20,146 nucleotides of DNA from Abditibacteriaceae bacterium (GTDB taxonomy: Bacteria; Armatimonadota; Abditibacteriia; Abditibacteriales; Abditibacteriaceae), in contig JANMKN010000099.1 in assembly GCA_031372065.1 (NCBI GenBank), positions 1 to 20,146 of the forward strand, in the 5' to 3' direction. The notes beneath the pieces are model-generated. The model searched no databases, was not told the DNA's origin, and saw only the letters and a list, made by a program, of their open reading frames with translations. Numbering within the stretch: the stretch's first letter is position 1; every line of letters begins with the position of its first letter. This document shows, piece by piece, positions 17,786 through 20,146 of this stretch. A program made the position numbers and the translations under genes.

Positions 17786-17872
17786 CTTGAATCAATTCTC
17801 CAATCCGGTTTTGGTTACGATTGAGGCGCCAACTTTTCCAGAGTGGGGCGCCTTTTTCGTTTTACACTTCTA

Positions 17873-17927
17873 AAAACCTGCTGGTGAATTTTTGCAGAAA
17901 TTTACATGAAAATTCCCCTGCAAAAAT
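17873..17927 (-). promoter_or_regulatory. Minus-block intergenic motif (copy B) plus 10-bp inverted repeat
   Basis: AAAACCTGCTGGTGAATTTTTGCAG (17873-17897); IR ATTTTTGCAG (17888-17897) / CTGCAAAAAT (17918-17927). Confidence 0.7.
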
Positions 17928-17933
17928 ATCTTT

Positions 17934-18608
17934 TTATTTTTCCTTTTGCGGCAACGTTTCTTGTGGCGTCCCTTGTGGCGTTCGGGCTTTCAAATCTGTC
18001 AAGGCGAAATCAATTTCGCACGCCATTTGCGTGGTCTGGCAATGAATCCAGCGATAAGTTGAGGCGAAAAACGCCACAAGATCGCAGTGCCATAAAGCCG
18101 CATCTTGGGGTGGGTTGGCATCAAAGGAATGGTTGAGATAATTGCCGATTTGCGGCAATAGGAAATCAAAGTGATGGATTGTTTGCTTTAGCTTGTAATG
18201 ACGGCGCGCGCGCCATGCCGACGGGCTTTGGGCCTCGTATAAAACTGTGAAGTCGTTTAATTCCAGTGCCCCAAAGGTATTGTTCCAGCGTTGGAGAAGT
18301 TCGCTTTCAGAGGGCACCCGCGTAAATAGTTCAACAGGCCAGAAATTGACGACAATTGGCTCTATGCGGCTCATCAGACGAATCAAGCATTCATCAAGGC
18401 GTTGTAACTGCTGTGTTAGAAAGGCACTTTCAGCAGGCTGCTGTGTGGGCATTGTTGCGCTTCGGGGGACAGGATTAGCATTTGCCCCCGCATTCACCCC
18501 CGTATTCACCCCCGCAGTGGCATAGCCGTTAGTGACAGGAGACTGACCGCCGGTGCGGAATCTGTTATGGAATTCGTCATGGAATCCGTTTTGGTTGTGT
18601 TGACTCAT
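17934..18608 (-). CDS. Hypothetical protein, 224 aa, low-complexity N-terminus
   Basis: First ORF of the - strand block, divergent from the protease gene; no family recognised. Confidence 0.7.
   Translation of the reverse strand: MSQHNQNGFHDEFHNRFRTGGQSPVTNGYATAGVNTGVNAGANANPVPRSATMPTQQPAESAFLTQQLQRLDECLIRLMSRIEPIVVNFWPVELFTRVPSESELLQRWNNTFGALELNDFTVLYEAQSPSAWRARRHYKLKQTIHHFDFLLPQIGNYLNHSFDANPPQDAALWHCDLVAFFASTYRWIHCQTTQMACEIDFALTDLKARTPQGTPQETLPQKEK
18479..18514 (+). repeat. Three imperfect 12-bp tandem units encoding GVNT-GVNA-GANA
   Basis: CATTTGCCCCCG CATTCACCCCCG TATTCACCCCCG. Confidence 0.8.
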
Positions 18609-18628
18609 GATGCCCTTTTATAATGCCC

Positions 18629-18658
18629 TTGACGGAAAGAGGATTTTAGCGTTAGAAT
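18629..18658 (+). promoter_or_regulatory. Sigma70-type promoter for the head operon
   Basis: TTGACG (18629-18634), 18-bp spacer, TAGAAT (18653-18658); 5/6 match to each consensus hexamer; in the divergent intergenic region. Confidence 0.65.
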
Positions 18659-18705
18659 CCCATTTGTATTTGTCGTGATTCACAATTCTGATTTACAACT
18701 TGATG

Positions 18706-18750
18706 AGGCCAAGAGCCGCGTTTTTCTCTTTGAGAAGGGCGCGGCTTTTT
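18706..18750 (+). terminator. Terminator-like hairpin with leader AGGCCAAGAGCCGCG (copy 2), promoter-proximal attenuator
   Basis: Stem AGCCGCGTTTTTCTC (18714-18728) / GAGAAGGGCGCGGCT (18732-18746) with three G-U pairs, followed by TTTT. Confidence 0.75.
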
Positions 18751-18766
18751 CATTCTACATTGATGT

Positions 18767-18784
18767 TGTGAACCATGGTTCACA
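18767..18784. promoter_or_regulatory. 18-bp perfect palindrome TGTGAACCATGGTTCACA (copy 2)
   Basis: Identical to 416-433; 100 nt upstream of the protease ATG. Confidence 0.75.
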
Positions 18785-18883
18785 TTACAGCAAAAAACAG
18801 CACATGAAAACAACATGGAAACCAATCCCAATAAAAATTGAATTCATTGGATTCGATTAATGACCTGATGCCGGAGGCCAAAC

Positions 18884-20023
18884 ATGGCCCTGCCCGTTCC
18901 CATTCCGCCTGTAGAATTTGCCCATGAAGCAGCGTATGCAGCCGTGCATCCAGTAGCTTATGCAAATGAGCCAGTGCGCGAGATCGAAATTTATTTAGAG
19001 CTTCAAAAAAGCCATGTAGATAAAAAAACCGGGCGCATTTGGGTTCGCGGTGTAGCGACGGATAACAGTGTTGATTTTCAGAATGACATCGTTCAGATTT
19101 CGCAGATCGGGACAAACCTCTCTATCCTTAACCGGGGCTGGGGCAAGTTCAATTTTGAGCATCACGATGAAAAAGTCGGCGAAATTACCCGAATTGCCTT
19201 TATCTCGCCGGCAGAAGCGCGTGCCAAATACGGCGTTGAGTGCAGCGGAACAGTGTTGGAGTTGGAAGGATTTATCTATGCGGTCACTGACAAAACGCCG
19301 GAAAAATCGGATGTGCGCGAAGTTCACAGACTTATTGACGTGGACGCGCGACTGGGTTTTTCGCTGCAAGGCGGCATCGTGCAACGTATTCCTGTGCAAG
19401 GCAAGGATGGTAAGACTTACAAAGTCGCTGTGCCTTCGTTCGTAAACCTCTGCGCGATTACGACGCAGCCAGTCAACATGAACACGATTTGCCTGCCGTT
19501 TGCCAAATCGTTAGCCGCTGTTCTCTGTGAAGGCGGCTTAAGCGAAGCAGAGTGGGCTGTGGTCAGCGAGGCCAGTGAAGCAGATGGCGGGACTGCCTCC
19601 GGGACGAATAAACCGGCGCCGATGCTGTTCATGGGCGACGGGGCCGGGGTAGACGATTTGATTAAATCGCTGGTGGGAGCGGCATTGGCCTCAACCGGTG
19701 GTCAGGCTTTAGTGGGCGCTTTAGGCGGTGACAGCGTGCGTATGGGGGCCGTAGACCCGAAAAGCGTGGACGACACAACTGACGACAAGAAATCTGCAAA
19801 ATGTCACAAATGTGCCACTTCCTTGAGTAAAATGACGAAGTTCTGCCCCGAATGCGGTGCGGCGCAAAGCAGTGCGCAAAGCACGATGCAGCCGGAATTA
19901 AAAAAATCGCTGGTGAATGCCTCGGCTGGATTTTCCCAAAACTTTGGCATCTCGGAATGTGAACAGGCGATAGACATCATAATGGCGGCGCAAATTTTCA
20001 TGAGCGCTTTGGGTCGCAATTGA
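18884..20023 (+). CDS. Prohead (head maturation) protease with a C-terminal Zn ribbon
   Basis: GGAGG RBS; VRGVAT...VDFQND, FNFEH (putative catalytic His), LGFSLQG (putative catalytic Ser), AITTQPVN..T; CHKC...KFCPECG. Confidence 0.85.
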   Translation: MALPVPIPPVEFAHEAAYAAVHPVAYANEPVREIEIYLELQKSHVDKKTGRIWVRGVATDNSVDFQNDIVQISQIGTNLSILNRGWGKFNFEHHDEKVGEITRIAFISPAEARAKYGVECSGTVLELEGFIYAVTDKTPEKSDVREVHRLIDVDARLGFSLQGGIVQRIPVQGKDGKTYKVAVPSFVNLCAITTQPVNMNTICLPFAKSLAAVLCEGGLSEAEWAVVSEASEADGGTASGTNKPAPMLFMGDGAGVDDLIKSLVGAALASTGGQALVGALGGDSVRMGAVDPKSVDDTTDDKKSAKCHKCATSLSKMTKFCPECGAAQSSAQSTMQPELKKSLVNASAGFSQNFGISECEQAIDIIMAAQIFMSALGRN

Positions 20024-20038
20024 GGAATTAAACCACAG

Positions 20039-20066
20039 AGACAATCAGGAAGTAGACAATCAAGAA
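20039..20066 (+). repeat. 13-bp direct repeat AGACAATCA(G/A)GAA x2
   Basis: 20039-20051 and 20054-20066, 12/13 identical, immediately before hairpin copy 3. Confidence 0.7.
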
Positions 20067-20067
20067 C

Positions 20068-20117
20068 AGGCCCAGAGCCGCGATTCTCCATTGGAGAAAA
20101 GCGGCTCATTTGTTTTT
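20068..20117 (+). terminator. Terminator-like hairpin with leader AGGCCCAGAGCCGCG (copy 3)
   Basis: GAGCCGC (20075-20081) / GCGGCTC (20101-20107) plus TTCTCC/GGAGAA inner stem; followed by ATTTGTTTTT. Confidence 0.7.
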
Positions 20118-20134
20118 AGTTTGAGGAGACAATT

Positions 20135-20146
20135 ATGAAATTGTTT
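20135..20146 (+). CDS. Start of next gene (MKLF...), truncated by window end; by position possibly scaffold or capsid
   Basis: GAGGAG (20123-20128) 6 nt before ATG; only 4 codons visible. Confidence 0.5.

Larger units (their letters stand above)
1..20146. mobile_element. Large tailed phage/prophage genome segment (head morphogenesis, virion cargo and accessory modules)
   Basis: Prohead protease, DarB-like protein, InPase domain, DUF5131, orphan MTases and many small coupled ORFs; no host housekeeping genes. No integrase or att site is visible, so phage versus prophage cannot be decided. Confidence 0.85.

Noticed and set aside
17824..17857. AGGCGCC/GGCGCCT hairpin with T run as a fourth copy of the conserved hairpin
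   Set aside because: Lacks the AGGCCMAGAGCCGCG leader, has a weak inner stem, and its U tract is antisense to the local genes; at most a generic hairpin.
18600..18624. TTGACT...TATAAT promoter
   Set aside because: Spacer is only 13 bp; the 18629-18658 candidate has acceptable spacing.
413..20117. Repeats as a CRISPR array or as att/terminal repeats
   Set aside because: Copies are kilobases apart with no repeat-spacer periodicity; no cas, integrase or transposase genes; hairpin and palindrome order differs between loci.
1..20146. tRNA, rRNA, reverse transcriptase/DGR, intron or intein
   Set aside because: No such signatures seen by eye; intergenic gaps are short and accounted for. A covariance-model scan was not possible.

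Overview
Segment of a large tailed phage or prophage genome with three transcription blocks. The + strand block (1-10246) holds the C-terminal end of an SNF2-type helicase, two hypothetical genes, a 2142-aa DarB-like N6-methyltransferase/SNF2 helicase, an InPase-domain plus Zn-ribbon protein and a DUF6527-like gene. It ends at a 17-bp bidirectional terminator. The - strand block (18608 to 10283) holds small, mostly translationally coupled accessory genes: SWIM, PARP-type and DnaJ-type Zn fingers, a Myb/HTH-like protein, DUF5131, a truncated C5-MTase joined to half an ASCH gene, and a Dam-like MTase. A second + strand block starts at 18884 with a prohead protease. Main unexplained signals: (1) a protein-like TnpV/DUF1896-like ORF with its own RBS nested in the +1 frame of the DarB-like gene; (2) an [LF]xK-[SAG] motif bracketing the domains of four + strand proteins including the protease, suggesting protease-matured, head-packaged cargo; (3) three copies of an AGGCCMAGAGCCGCG-led terminator-like hairpin plus two copies of an 18-bp palindrome marking + strand gene starts; (4) a separate 24-25-bp motif in three intergenic gaps of the - strand block. 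Family assignments come from motif recognition by eye, not from database searches.
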